From: Octopus sinensis
Taxonomy: Eukaryota
Assembly: GCF_006345805.1 (NCBI RefSeq)
Contig: NC_043009.1
Location: 43,524,001-43,588,000 of the forward strand
Direction of reading: 5' to 3'
Length of the DNA stretch: 64,000 nt
Shown here: one piece after another, positions 27,685 to 42,186 of the stretch
How positions within the stretch are numbered: the first letter of the stretch is position 1
How the letters are laid out: each line of letters opens with the position of its first letter
The notes under the pieces: model-generated
Database searches by the model: none
Seen by the model: only the letters and a program-made list of their open reading frames with translations
What the model was told of the DNA's origin: nothing
Program-made: the position numbers and the translations under genes

Positions 27685-28610
27685 ATATAATTTTCAGTTG
27701 TAATAGAGACAATTTTACATCAATCTGATGGATTACTCAATACTTTTGCAGAGTACAAATTTATCATATAGTGACTTCGAAGTTCCAGCCTGCTAAGCCA
27801 TTGTTAATCTACAATACATTAGAGTTAATCTTGCTTTTATATAGTCTCTGCCGAGTTAACTCCAATGCATCGCAGACCAATGATGGATCAGTTGGCTCAA
27901 AGCTTTGGAGTCACTGTCATGAGCATTCTTGCTTAAGAGTAATGAATACACACACACATAGAGGAATGTATATATATATATATATATATATATACATACA
28001 TACATACACAAATGCATATGTTTGTTCCACTATGTATGTATGTATCTACATAAATACCACTAAAGACAGGTTTTATATTTCAATCACTTAAAGATATGAA
28101 GGTTGATAAAAAAAAACCCCTTCAAAAAACTTTCAACTCCTTTCTCAGCCACTAGGTGGAATATAAAATACAATATCTGTACATATATAGCAAATGCCTA
28201 TATAAACACATCAATAAATAAGAGGGTATATATATGTATCAGTTTATTATACATATATTTATATACAAATGTATGTGCATGTGTATGCATGATATATATA
28301 TATATATATATATGTGTATGTGTGTGTGTGTGTGTGCTAATCTACCTATCTATAAGTATCTGAGTGTGTAAGTATATGTGTTTGATAAACATTTTAAAGA
28401 GTATGTATATACCTATGTGTGTGTGTGTGTGTACATATATATATATAATATATCCCCAAGCATAAATAGGATTGTGTCCATACATGCATGTGTGTGTGTG
28501 TGTGTGTATACATACATATATATATTTATATATATATATATATACATATATGTGTAGACAATTCTATTTATGCTTAGAAACACATGTATATTATACATAC
28601 ATAATATATA

Positions 28611-28662
<52 letters not shown>

Positions 28663-31290
28663 TATATATATAAGTTGAGTATATATGTATAAGTATGTTT
28701 GTCTTTATTCTCTGGTGTTAAATGCTCTCATATTTATTTATTTATGTAATATATTTATTAAATCATCATCATCATCATCACCATCATAGACATGATGATA
28801 ATGATGATGTGGTTTTTCTCCTCCACTTAGTGAAGCACGCTTAAATCACGAAGAGAAAAAAAAAATCTAAAAATTAACAAGGAAAACACAAAACATGTTT
28901 TTTTTGATTTAGCATGTTTTTAACAAAATCATATCAAACAACAACAACAACAACAGCAGTAGCACCACCACCGCCAACAACAACACAACAACAACAACAA
29001 CAACAACACAATTAACATATAAAATACGGAGATAAATCGAAATAAAAGGGGAAGCTAGCCATAAATAATAAGTTGTTGTCTACAGGGATTTAGAAATATA
29101 TTGATTTGGTTTAATTTTAAATGGCAGAGATGTTTGGTATGTAATATAGACAGGACTACCATCTACGGAATCTGAAGATGGATATAGGTATGTGTGTGGA
29201 GGGAAGGAGTAATTTAAAATGAACAGCAACAAAGAACACATACATTTGCGCTGGGGTGGGGGATGGGGTGAAAGAGGGATATATAATTGAGTGTTGCCCC
29301 TATTTAAGAAATAAGATTGAGTGCTCTGTTACAATAAGGGTATATTATTTTATTTTATTTTTATCTTTTAGGTGCAGGTGTGGTTGTGTGGTAAGAAGCT
29401 TGCTTCCCAACCACAGGGTTCCAGGTTCAGTCACACTACGTGGCACCTTGGGCAAATAACCTCAGGATGTGTGTGTGTGTGTGTGTGTGTGAAGTGAATG
29501 GTGCTAGGAAGGGCATCCAGCCAAAAATGGTAACCATATTGGAAGTGAGGCTGGTTTAAGACATGCTTCACCAACCCATTCAGTTTTGTCAAACTGTCCT
29601 ACCAATTCCAGTATGGAAAGTAGTCATGAAGTGTTGCACTCACAGACTTCCTCGCCAATTCTTTACACTTGGCTCATTTGCAGGAACCATGTTGAGAATA
29701 ACTATGCACAGGGTTTGATTAACATTAAGACCAGGTATAATTTTAATTTTGCAGAATCAGTTGTGGCATTTTTACAAAATATGTGACCATATCAATGTAT
29801 ATTAATGCCAGTTTTGTGGAAAGAAAATATATGAGAAAAAGAAAAAGTTAAAGAAAATGCGAATCAGAAAATTACAAAATCTTGGCTATTTTACAATGTA
29901 ATTTGACAGAAGAAATAATTGACTGCTCAGAATTTACTACAATTATATAGTAACCTGAAAAATTTTATATTTTTCTATAAAAAAACAACACAAACACACA
30001 CACACACACACACAAAGAAAAATTCCCAAAACTTGAATTTGTTAACCCTTCTGTTGCCCATACTTCCTATTTCAATTAATTTTGTTTTTATGAAGCTTGT
30101 ATTTGGAACATGAATTAACATGCAATTTCGGAGGGCATTTTTAATTTAAAACAAGATATATTTCATACTAATCAGAAACGGTAAGCTACATTCTTCAGCT
30201 TCCTTTAACCCTTTTGTTGCCATATTCCTTCTGAAATATATTGCCTTTATTTCAGTTCCGTTTTGAAGACAACAAAGAATGCAGTTGAGTACTGTGGTTG
30301 ATGGAATCAACTAAGCCTGCTTTCCCCTCAAAACTGCAAACCCTGTACCTCAAACCAGAAACTATTTACATATTAAACAGTCAACTACACACACACACGC
30401 TAATTATAAAGAACTATTTAATTTTAGTACGTGGGTGCAAGCCCAAAGCCCTCAGTCTATCTTGCAATGCTTCAATTGTTGATGAGATGAAATATAATGG
30501 AACGAAATAAAATTAAGAAATTTAAAACAACACACAAAAAGTAAATAATAATAATTAGATAAATAAATAAATAAATAAATAAATCTTTTCTTTTTCTTCC
30601 TTAAATTTATATATATTTCTTTAAAATAATATCAGAAGACATATTTCACTATTGATTTCTTCATCTTTCTGCCCCAACCACATCAAATCACACCACTTAA
30701 AAAAAAAAAAATCTACAAAACAAAACAAAAAGGACAGGAAAAATGTAAGTTGCTGTGATTTCTATTGGTTAATCAGGCAAACAAAAGCCGTGGGGTCAAG
30801 GACATAAGTTTGCTATAGTGCAAGGAACTATCTGTTTGTGACATTCCACATAATTGGATGGCCACCTGGGGAGGACCCCTGTTGAAATTCAAACCAAATA
30901 TCAAGCTGTAATTCTTGTGCCAAAAATGTAACACATAGGATCATTTCCCTATTGAAGTTTGTGAAGGAAAAAAAAATAGAGATGATAAAAAGGAAAATGA
31001 AAAAAATTCTGTTCTGTTATTAATAGCATTTAATATATTACTCTATATACGATATGTCTGTATATCTATCTGTCCATCCATCTATGTATGTATGTGTGTG
31101 TGTGTCCATCTCTGTGCATATACGTGTGTATTGGGTACATAACAAATAATTGCCTTCTCATAAATAATCATATATAAATATACACACACATACACACACA
31201 CCAAGATATACTTATGTGTAAAATATGTACAAAATCACACTTGAATATACTTGTGTGTGTGTATGAATGTATGCACACACAAACATTTAT

Positions 31291-31613
<323 letters not shown>

Positions 31614-31630
31614 TATAAATATAAATATAT

Positions 31631-31683
<53 letters not shown>

Positions 31684-31777
31684 CGGAAGGTTTACGAAAA
31701 TAAACAAAAGACGAAGGCAGGTGGAATACAAACAAATAATGTATTAGTATGGCGCTCAGGAATAGAAATAAAACAAG

Positions 31778-31815
31778 TCTTTTACGTTTCGAGCCTACGC
31801 TCTTCGACAGAAAGA
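31778..31815 (-). ncRNA. Minimal hammerhead motif with core variant CUGUCGA (family P2)
   Basis: UCUUU-CUGUCGA-A-GAGC GUAG GCUC-GAAACGUA-AAAGA. Perfect 5-bp stem I and 4-bp stem II; A6 replaced by U. Confidence 0.5.
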
Positions 31816-31878
31816 TACACAGAAAAGAAACAAGGAGAGAAAAAAATTGCATGTAGGGGCTAACGATCCAACATGGCG

Positions 31879-31929
<51 letters not shown>

Positions 31930-33598
31930 CATACATACATACATACATACATACATAATAAGCTTCCACTAATCTCTGCAAAATAATTCAAAACCAGAGT
32001 CAACTACAAATCATAATCACATAAATTTCCACTAATTTGCTGAACCAGAAGGTTTATCAAGAATTCATGGCCATGCTGTAGCACCACCCTCTCTAAGGCA
32101 ATTCGAATGCATTGGTCCCAGTACTATTTTATTGAACTTCCATCATTGCTTTAATACCCACTTTTCCATGCTTGTATGGGTCAGATGGAAATTGTTGAGG
32201 CAGCTTTTCTAAAGCTGGATGCCCTTCCTGTCACCCATCCTCACCTGTTTCCAGAAATGCTTCTTCATTTATGACTGGAAAAGAACACCACCACTTGTAT
32301 GACAGTGATGCTCATTTACAACCATGCCGCTTTCCATGCTGGCATGAGTTAGATAATTCGACTGGAACCAGTAAGCCAGAGAGCTACACTAAGTTCCAGT
32401 CTGGTTCAACATGGTTTCTATGGCTGGATGCTCATACACACACACACATATATAAATATTCTCTTATTCTTTTGCTTGTTTCAGTCATTTGACTGTGGCC
32501 ATGCTGGAGCACTGCCTTTAGTCAAACAAATCGACCCTGGGACTTATTCTTCGTAAGCCTAGTACTTATTCAATTGGTCTCTTTTTGCTGAACTACTAAG
32601 TTATGGAGATGTAAACACACCAACATCGGTTGTCAAGCGATGGTGTGGGGATGGGACAAACACACACACAGACATATATACGACAGGCTTCTTTCAGTTT
32701 CCGTTGACCAAATTCACTTACAAGGCTTTGGTCGGCCTGAGGCAGTAGCAGAAGTCACTTGCCCAAGGTGCCATGCTGTGGGACTGAACCCAGAACCATG
32801 TGGCTAGTAAGCAAGCTTCTTACTATACAGCCACGCCAGCACCTATATATATATATATGTATATATAAATATATACAACAGGCTTCTTTCAGTTTCCATC
32901 TACCAAAATACACACACAAGGGCTTGGTCAGTCAGAGGCTTTAGTAGAAGATACTTGCCCAAGATGCTGTACAGTAGGACTGAACTCAAAACCACATGGT
33001 TTGGAAGCAAGCTTCTTCTCCATTTAGCCCCACTTGTACCTGACCTCTCCCACTCTCTCTTTCTCTCTTACACACACACTATTGATGTTGATCTCGCAGG
33101 CAAGAATTAAGACTAGATATCTCTATCGCCGCCTGCCCCGCCCGCCCCAAAATGTCGATGGTAGTTATTGCATCACATCAACCAACTGGAAAGCAATGAC
33201 AAAACAAAGACGTATATCTTCCCTTGTAACCCCTCCACCACTCACAGCATACAATGAAAGCACATACTGTTGTATGCAAAGCATTTGGTGTCTGGCACCT
33301 TACCATTCCTGCCAATGCCATGTTACTCTTGAAATTATATGTGATAGTGTATATTGTATAGTTGTATAAAACAACTGGGGGGGGGGGAGAAGAGAGAGTG
33401 AGAGAGAGAAAGAGGGTGAGAGAGGGAGGAGAAGGAGAGACAGACATTTAAAGATTTTGATTCATTTGGAATTTCAACATTTCCGCTGTAGTGCTGCAGC
33501 TGAATGCTGTCTTGCTATTTTCGGCTGTTTAATTCATCTTTTGAATGTCCAATGGAGAAAGGAAAACATGGAAAGACATAGAGAGGGAGAGACATAGA

Positions 33599-33644
<46 letters not shown>

Positions 33645-33751
33645 AAGGAAGAGACAAAAACCCAGTCTTAATTGGCAGCATACGAACCATATACATACAT
33701 ATCTTTCTAACTACCTACCTTATATACATATATATTAACATAGTATATATG

Positions 33752-33788
<37 letters not shown>

Positions 33789-35623
33789 TAGCTTTTATGC
33801 ATTACATATATACATTTTTGCTTTACCACTACCATATGAGTGTGTGTAACAGCAAATGCTATCACGTTTGTATCTGTGTATGTTTGGTTCACAGCTGAAT
33901 ATGTAAGCCCCATTGTTCAACTGTAGACCTCATCTAAAAATAATATGTCCATTTTTACTATGAACATACTGGCACAAGATTTTCATTATGCATGTGTACA
34001 CACACACACGTACACACACACATATGCATATGTATACCTACATACACATGTACACAATGTGTGTAGATGTATATAACTCTGTACATGTATCTGCAGACAA
34101 AAGCCTGATAGCTGGGTTTTCTCTCTTTGCGTAATTAGAATTGTATGAAGCCTGGTGAAAGAAAGACTTAACAAGCAACAGTTATAAAGCAAACTTATTA
34201 TCAAAAGCGCTCCAGCTGTGATCACCCTGCCTTACTTTTCAAACATAGTGTGAATGGCACAGCCATAGCCATGTGGTTAAGAAGTTTGTGTCCCAATCAC
34301 ATGGTTTTGGGTTCAACCCCACTGCTTGGCACCTTGGCTAAGTGCCTTCTATTCTTATGGCCTTGCTGAGTAGATTTGGTAGACAGGAACTGAAAAAAGC
34401 CTAGTGTGAGTGAATGTTATTCTTTCTCAGTATTCTGTGAAGAATATGGGGAAATATAACCGTTCTTGGAAACAGGCGAGGGTTGGGGACAGGAAAAGTA
34501 TTTGGCTGCGGAAAATCAGCCTCAGTAAATTTCATCTGACCCTTGCAAACATGGAAGGGTGGACATTAGAGAGAAAAGGCAATGTACCTTAGATTGCATT
34601 ATTGAATAGGGTCTCCTGACTTTTCTTTAAAATATCACTGATTTAACCAGTTTCTTTTCATTTGAATTTTGGAAGTTTCGACCACTTTTCTCTGCCTAAC
34701 CCTTTTGATACCAACCCAGATGAAATTAAAATCTTCCGCCAAACCTTAATCACAATTTATGTTCCTAACACTAGCAGAATGATAGATAAATTTAATTTAC
34801 TAAATTCTTTGTTACATTTAAAATTAATAGAAAGAAACACAGAGCATCTCTACAGAAATAGGGTAGTGAAAGAGTTAAATATATTATTTTTTAGCCCTAG
34901 GTTGTCTACAATCCAGCTGACCCATGATTAATACACACACACACACATGAAGACACATATAATACCATGAACTTTGTTTGCAAAAGATATATATATACAC
35001 ACATACACCACAGATATATTCATTTTATATCTATTCATCTATGTATACACATGCACACACATACAAAAATGCTAACTTAGACGCATAATTTCATATAAAA
35101 AGATATATATATATACGAACATATTATATGCATATATTATGTACACATATGCGCACACACCACATAGACATATATGTTTATGCATGCTGTATATATATAT
35201 ATACACACACAAATATGTATGACTCTGTGAAAGGCTGGTTTTCCCATCACTGCAGACCAAAGTGGGGAGTATTGTATGCAATTGATGAGAGCAATTAATG
35301 ATTTGTTTATATAACCACCAAGGGGCCCCCAAGGATGAATGACAGTCTCCCAGGTTGTGGTGGTGGTGCTGCCCACAGAGCGGGGTAGGGACCCTACAGC
35401 AAGGAGTGCGGATGATAATAGCAGTACTTTTGTTCTTGTGCCAGCATGGGAGGAAAAAATAAAAATGAATGATGTTAAAACAATGATGACGTCACCTCCA
35501 CCACCACCACCACCAATGTTGTCAGTGATGTCAAAATTTTTTTTTTATATATATACATATAACAGTGTTTATAGGCTTTGGAGGAACAATATATGTGTGT
35601 ATACATTACCTTCACAAACATGC

Positions 35624-35669
<46 letters not shown>

Positions 35670-38435
35670 CACACTAAAGGCAGCTGAGCAGGATTTAAAG
35701 CTGATAGAAACCAAACTCAGAGTCATGCTCTATTACGAATAAGACAATGAGTGTGTCACGATATAAGCAAATGCACCTGAGACAGGGACATGGCGAGAAG
35801 GGGTTGCTTATTGGTTGGTTGTCCTGTTAAGTTACAAGACAACCCAACCTATAAGCTGTTGGTTCAAACCATGTTGCTAGCACTCTTAACTCCATAGCAA
35901 GTGAGCTGACTTAGCTGTAAATATACCCATGTGAGTGCTGTAATTTGTAGGTTCTTACACCAAAAATTGCTGTATAGCTTATTGGATTAGTGTTCAGTCC
36001 AGTCAACTACAGCTGTAAGTATGATCCTGAGACCATGCTATTTGACAGATGACTAACCATGTAGACTAATGATGGGTCGAACTGTAGCTCATGAGCTGAA
36101 GTGGGGAGATTTCTAATATATTGGATTTCAGGGTGATTTTCCCTAAAACTCTATAGACACAACAACGAAAGGAAACTTAATGTGGTACAAGGAGATGATG
36201 GGCAAAGAACACAAAGAAGTCCAACCCCTCATCAGTTGCCAACCAAATAGCAACACAATTTCGACATCTAGAAATATTCTGGTATCTTTCTTATGATTTG
36301 AACCTGAATAATATATTTAATCTGAGATTAGATTGGATACAGGATATACTGACATTTTGTAAGAGAGAAGAAAAAAATGCCCTCACCCACCCTCCATAGG
36401 TTTAGTAAAATAAACACTGGTTGTTGCTGTTTAGTCACAAGGCAACCCAAATTAAACAGATGATGGTCATTCCAAATGTGACCATACTGTATTTTTGCAA
36501 ATTTCAGGATGTAGCCTGTTAGTATTTTTGTCTGATGCTCAAATGATTCTACCAGCTCAACAAACTCCAATCTACATACAGCTAGATATATGACCCTTAT
36601 AATCCTTAACCACAAAATTGAATGAATAAATACAATAGAAACTATTAATGTAGATGTGGACCTCCCACATCAGACAATGAAACAACCCTAAGTAATTTGG
36701 ATCTCAATTGGATTTTTTAAAAAATGGTAGCTCTTTTAAAATTCTTCCAGGAATCACTTCCAATCACTATGAAGTCAGGGTGAATACTTGACCTGCTAAT
36801 AAATAGCAGTCAAATTTCTCAAGCCACACTTTTACATCAGAGAAAAAAAGAAGTATGAATAATGTGGTGTTAGATACATTGTTTCAGAAAAAAAAAGAAA
36901 AGTGAATGACAAAGGTTTAAAACAATACCTTTGATCACTGCCTTGTTTTGTTGTTGAACTGAGGGTGAACAACAACAACAACAACAACGGACCAATACTT
37001 TCTATCATAAGCCTGTTGGATGTCTGCTGACCCGAGGGTCAGCAGGAACAACAACACTGACCAGCCTTTTGTTTCAATAAAGCAAAGGTTTGGGAGAATT
37101 TCTTTGACACTGAAAATGGTAAATAAATTATATGGCAATAGAGAAAGAAAGGTTTTTAGAACTAGCAGGAGGAGGTGGTGGAGCAGTAAAGGATGAGCCC
37201 CCCACCCCACCTCGTTGCTAGGGGGAAGGGGAAGAATGAAGGGGGCAGGAACTTTCCTCATTAGTTAGATGTTGAGGTCAAGCAGAGGCTAAATAAAAGA
37301 TAAAAATTGACCAGACCAGCTGGAATGGTTCAGAGCTGTTGTATTTGCAGGGGGTTAAGATAGGAGGGAGTCAGACAGACACAGTAGGGAAAGGTTAGGG
37401 TGGGAGCAGCACGAAAAGGGCAAAGGGATACATTTTTGGACAGTTGTTTTGTGTAAATGAATGTGTGCATGTATATGTGTTTGTGTGTGTGTGGTTGAGA
37501 TGGGTTAGTAAGGATTGTAGGGTAGGCGACGGCAGCAGCGGTGGTGGTGGTTGTGGTGGGGGCAATTTTTGGTGGGTTTGCATATACAAGATTCTGTAAA
37601 CAGTAAAACTACCGATCAGGTTTCAGCTGTCCCTAAAGTTCCGGTGGTGGAGGTGGGGCGGGAGAAATAGAACCACTGACTGAAAACAATGAAATAGTGT
37701 GTGTGTGAGTATATATATATATATATATGTATAAACAAACGAACCCCACTCGCGTCACAAAATCTGTATCTTTGCAATTAAATACCATTCTCTTACTCTC
37801 TCTCACACACCCACAGATATTTTTTAGAACCCAATACCCAATTTAGCGTGTTTTTATTTATACCGATGACCCATAAAAATAGTCATTGCCACTTTTATTG
37901 TGGAGGAGAATGGAAGCGGGATGTAGGGGTTGGCCCAACCCTTAGTTTTTTTTCCTCCTCCTCTTAACTAGCTTCTGTTTCTATCTTCTTTGATGGAAGA
38001 CAGCAGCCTTGCCTTTGCCTTAATAACTCCCTCAGAAATAAAATGAAATAAAAATAAAAAAAATACCTCCCCTCCACCGGCAAGAATTGGAGAGACTAAG
38101 TTTGTATGTAAAGCAATTCGCCACGTCGCTTTCATCAAAAGAAAAGCGGATACAAATTTATTAAACTAGCGGCTTTTGTATAGAGGAAATAGCTCGTTTG
38201 ACATGTCACATCCACAACGTCTTCATCTTTCCACTCCACAGAGATAAATAAACGATGGCAAATCCCTTTTTATGGATTTCTTTACAATAACAACGATTTT
38301 TGACAGGTACAACTGGAAATTTAGTTAACCGATTCCTTACGACTGCAAAACCACATTTGAAATTAACATCAAAATACGGAAAAAAAAGTCGCAGAGCTTA
38401 AAGGCATTTTACCTGGAACTAACCCTCCCCCACAG

Positions 38436-38945
38436 TGTATGTCTGGTACTCAACTTCACCTGTCAAAAATCACAGCTGATTCAATCAGTTGCAGAACGTG
38501 TTTGGTATTCCACTATATGCCAAATGTCACAGATGGTTGAATATCCCCCCTTCACCCCAGAGTATGTCTGGTATTCCGCTATATCTGCCAACAGCTACAG
38601 CTGGTTAAACAGAACCCCTGTATATGCCTATGCTACTCTATATTTGCCGGCGGTCAAGTTCGTTGAATGTACCCCCAGAACATGTCTAGTACTCCACTAT
38701 ATCTGTCAATGGTCCCAGTTGATTGAACCAATACCCAGAACGCGTGTAGGTCACCTATTTGTCTGCCGAGAATTACAGCTGGTTGAATCAGTCCCATATC
38801 ATGACTGGTACTCCACTAAATCTGTAAACGGTCACAGTTGCTTGAACAGAGTCCCAAACATGTATCCGGTACTCCAATATATCACCTGCCAACGGTTACA
38901 GCTGATTGAATCAGCTCCAAACGCCACTGGTAATTACTTTCAGCT
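38436..38945. repeat. Diverged ~60-bp tandem array, about 8 units
   Basis: Consensus approximately gtatgtctggtactccactatatctgccaacggtcacagctggttgaatcagtcccagaac. Confidence 0.8.
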
Positions 38946-39493
38946 ACAAAGGCGAGGGAAACTGAGACACAAAAACTTGTTCCTGGTGGAATTTAGTCTT
39001 AGATTTAATTTTATTGAAGACATTGAGGAAAAGACGGTCTGCAGCGTATACTGTCAACCGAAAATAGTCCAATAACGAAATGAAAAAAATCTTTAAAAAT
39101 TAAAATTCTCATTTTGGCGACACAAGGAGCATGCATTATCTGGAAAAGGCTAGCATAGCAAAGCCAAATATTAAAAGAAAACGAAATGATGATCCTGTAT
39201 ATAAATAAACACACACACATACATATAAATATATACACATGTGTATAAACATTTACTTATACAAATTGGTTTTAGAACAGGTAAGAAGTATCGCAACGTT
39301 GCGCTATATCGATTGGTGAGATGAAGGGCACGGGGCAGAAAACACTGTCTCACGAGATTCCTCTCATCTAGAAGAGCATTGAAAAACAATCGTGGGTGCT
39401 TGTGTGTATAAGTATGTGTGAGTGTGTGCGTGTATATAAGTATGTGTGAATGTGTGTATATGTATACCCACATATATGTAATGTGTCGATACA

Positions 39494-39710
39494 AAATCCT
39501 TTCTACTATAGGCATAAGGCCTAAAATATGGGAATGGGGAACAGTCGATTATATCGACCCCAGTGTTTCACTGGTACTTAATTTATCGATCCCGAAAAGA
39601 TGAAAGACAGCGATGACCTCAACAGAATTCGATACCCAGAACGTAAAGACGGACGAAATGCCGCGAAGAATTTTACCCGGCGTGCTAACGATTCCGCCAT
39701 CTCGCAGCCT
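39494..39710 (-). mobile_element. Family A SINE
   Basis: Same tail, central domain and head motifs as the other family A copies. Confidence 0.75.
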
Positions 39711-39732
39711 TTGTATCAATATATAATATATA

Positions 39733-39773
<41 letters not shown>

Positions 39774-40041
39774 AATAAATAATACGTCATAAACATACAC
39801 AAATTTCGTAAATAAAAATATATATCATATATACATCTTATAAATATCTTGTTACACATCTTAAGATATAATTGTATGTGTTATATAATACATATATATA
39901 TATATGTCGTGTAAATATATACACACATAACATGCACGTTTATACACATACACACACACACACATACACACGTGTGTGTGTGTAAACATGGTAAACGTAG
40001 TATAAGTTATAAGATGATTAATTATTTGAGAGAGATATTAC

Positions 40042-40311
40042 CTAGAAGTTCAGGGTAGAAAGACCAGGGAGCCATAATGAGCGAGGGTAGTTGATGGCGG
40101 TGCCGTTTCTCTGGGGAACCAGTTTGAATGACATGTGCTGTGGTAGAGACAGGCATCTGTGTGTTGTTGTTGTTGTTGTTGTTCCAGCTTCTTAGAACTA
40201 AACCTGTTGATGTTTTGCTATTATCGCTCCTACTGATGCTGCTATTGCTACTGCTGTTGTTGAAGGTGGTGGTGGTGGCTAGTGGAGTTTGTTTTGTAGT
40301 ACCACCATCCC
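40042..40311 (-). CDS. Candidate upstream or alternative first SoxD exon (...MPVSTTAHVIQTGSPEKRHRHQLPSLIMAPWSFYPELL)
   Basis: Open frame within ORF 40022-40444. Donor CTAG|gtaata at 40041 is phase 1, matching the 14820 acceptor. Possible acceptors at 40312 (phase 1, symmetric 270 nt) and 40328; in-frame ATGs at 40156 and 40075. No homology or transcript evidence. Confidence 0.45.
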
Positions 40312-41189
40312 CTAAGAGGAATAATAGCTGGGCGAGAAAAAGAGAGAGAGAGAGAGTGTGTGTGTGTGTGTGGAAGCGCTTGGAACCAAAAAGAAATGTA
40401 AAGAAAAAACCCTCCTGTTCTGTCACACATCCAATGGCTGCCAAGCGGGAGTGATGTTAGTGGTAAAATCGCGATGTGATCTCTCTCTCCCCTCTCTCTC
40501 TCTCGACGTCCCACTAACCCTTAAAAAAAACAAAACAAAACAAACCAAAAAAAAAGAAAAAAATAGTAAAAGCGCACAGACCCTCCATCCCTCAAGTCAA
40601 ATATCAGACCCACCTAACCCAACCCGCCGCTATAACTCGAAGCGGTAGTAGTAGTGGAGGTGGTGGTGCCTTACATGACCAATAAATATATAGTAACGAA
40701 GAGGGGAGGGAGGGAGAGAGAGAGAGAAAGAGAGAGAAGGGGGAAGGTACGTAGGGTGGTGGTGGTGGTGGTGGTAAGGCTTTAAGTTTTAACACTTACT
40801 CTGGAGTGTGATGAAGTATGTCACCGACGAACAATGAGTTTGAAGGGTGCGGGAGGGGGGAGTTTGGGGGGTGGGGGTGGGATGGTAGGGAAGGGCAGAG
40901 ATTTAGTGGGTGGGTATGATATGCATTAGTGGGGTGGTTCATAAGTGACACACACACACTATGAAAATTCATGCGCTGATATGTATATATACATACATAT
41001 ATATACACACATATATATATATATACACACACATATATATATATATATATATGTGCATGTATCGAGATATTTGATTATAATACACACATACATACACAGA
41101 CGACTTGTGCCTCCCACCGTCCCCTAATAAAGGATGTTGACTACGATGACATGGTGACACCCAAGAAGGGTGAAAGGTCAAGTTCACGA

Positions 41190-41394
41190 TAATAATAATA
41201 ATCCTTTCTACTATAGGCACAAGGCCTGAAATTTGATGGGAGGGAACTAGTCGATTACATCGCTTAATTTATCGATATCGAAAGGATGAAAGGCAAAGTC
41301 GACCTCAGCGGAATCTGAACTCAGATCGTAAAGATAGACAAAATGTCGAAAAGCATTTTGCCCGGTGTGCTAATGACTGCCAGCTTGCTGCCTT
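41190..41394 (-). mobile_element. Family A SINE within (AAT)n
   Basis: Same tail, central domain and head motifs as the other family A copies. Confidence 0.75.
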
Positions 41395-41416
41395 AATAAT
41401 AATAATAATAATAATA

Positions 41417-41847
41417 CCACAGATTTGCTTGTCAGTTGTTTGACCTTAACCAGTTGAGCATGTCCCTTAGTGACTGACGATATGTGCATCTCTGATCACG
41501 AGCAGAAGTAGTGGGGGAGCATCATAGCCATGTGTTGAGAGGGATTCTTTGGGGTTTGAATAATTCGCCTCAGGAAACATGGGTGTTTCGTTCAACATCC
41601 TTAAACGACCCTTATTCAGAGACCTTTTGAGCGGGATGGGTTACTCGACCTGAAGAAAATTCTAACTGGGCCCCACCTGCAAGGTCATGCGCTGTTTATC
41701 TTGATATGAGATCACCATGTCGCGCACATATAGTTGTGATGCATGTGCCTGGTGTACCCTTATCAGACGGGTAGTCATGATGGGTATACTGGGCTTCGTA
41801 TGTTTTACCCCAGTGTCACTTTGATGACATGCACTGCTCTCTCACTC

Positions 41848-41895
<48 letters not shown>
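41417..41895 (+). mobile_element. Unclassified ~430-bp probable retroposon with long (AAT)n tail
   Basis: Balanced-GC block ending in about 15 AAT units; no second copy seen in the window. Confidence 0.35.
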
Positions 41896-42186
41896 TAGTT
41901 GTTTAATCCTAGGTCAGGATGCTGGATGAAAAAAGCCTATGATCAACTAAATCGAGAAAGGTCTTCTAGTCACGATCACACACACACATACACGTAAGGG
42001 CTACATTATCCAGTGGTTAGTTGTAAATTATGGGGAAGATTTGACTACTGTTTCTGATACGTCTGAAGCGCAGAAGCAACTCTATATAGAAGCCACAAAT
42101 GAATGGTAAGAAACAGATGAAGCATTGAAGTCGACACCAATTCTTGCTTAATTGATAATCTATTCATTCATATTTATATTATTAAT

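Noticed and set aside
35754-36047. Solo LTR (starts tgtcacg, ends tgaca)
   Set aside because: No matching TSD, no second copy, no primer-binding site.
38524-39075. 183-aa plus-strand ORF as a protein
   Set aside because: It crosses the 60-bp array with the repeat read in different frames from unit to unit, so no consistent peptide repeat exists.
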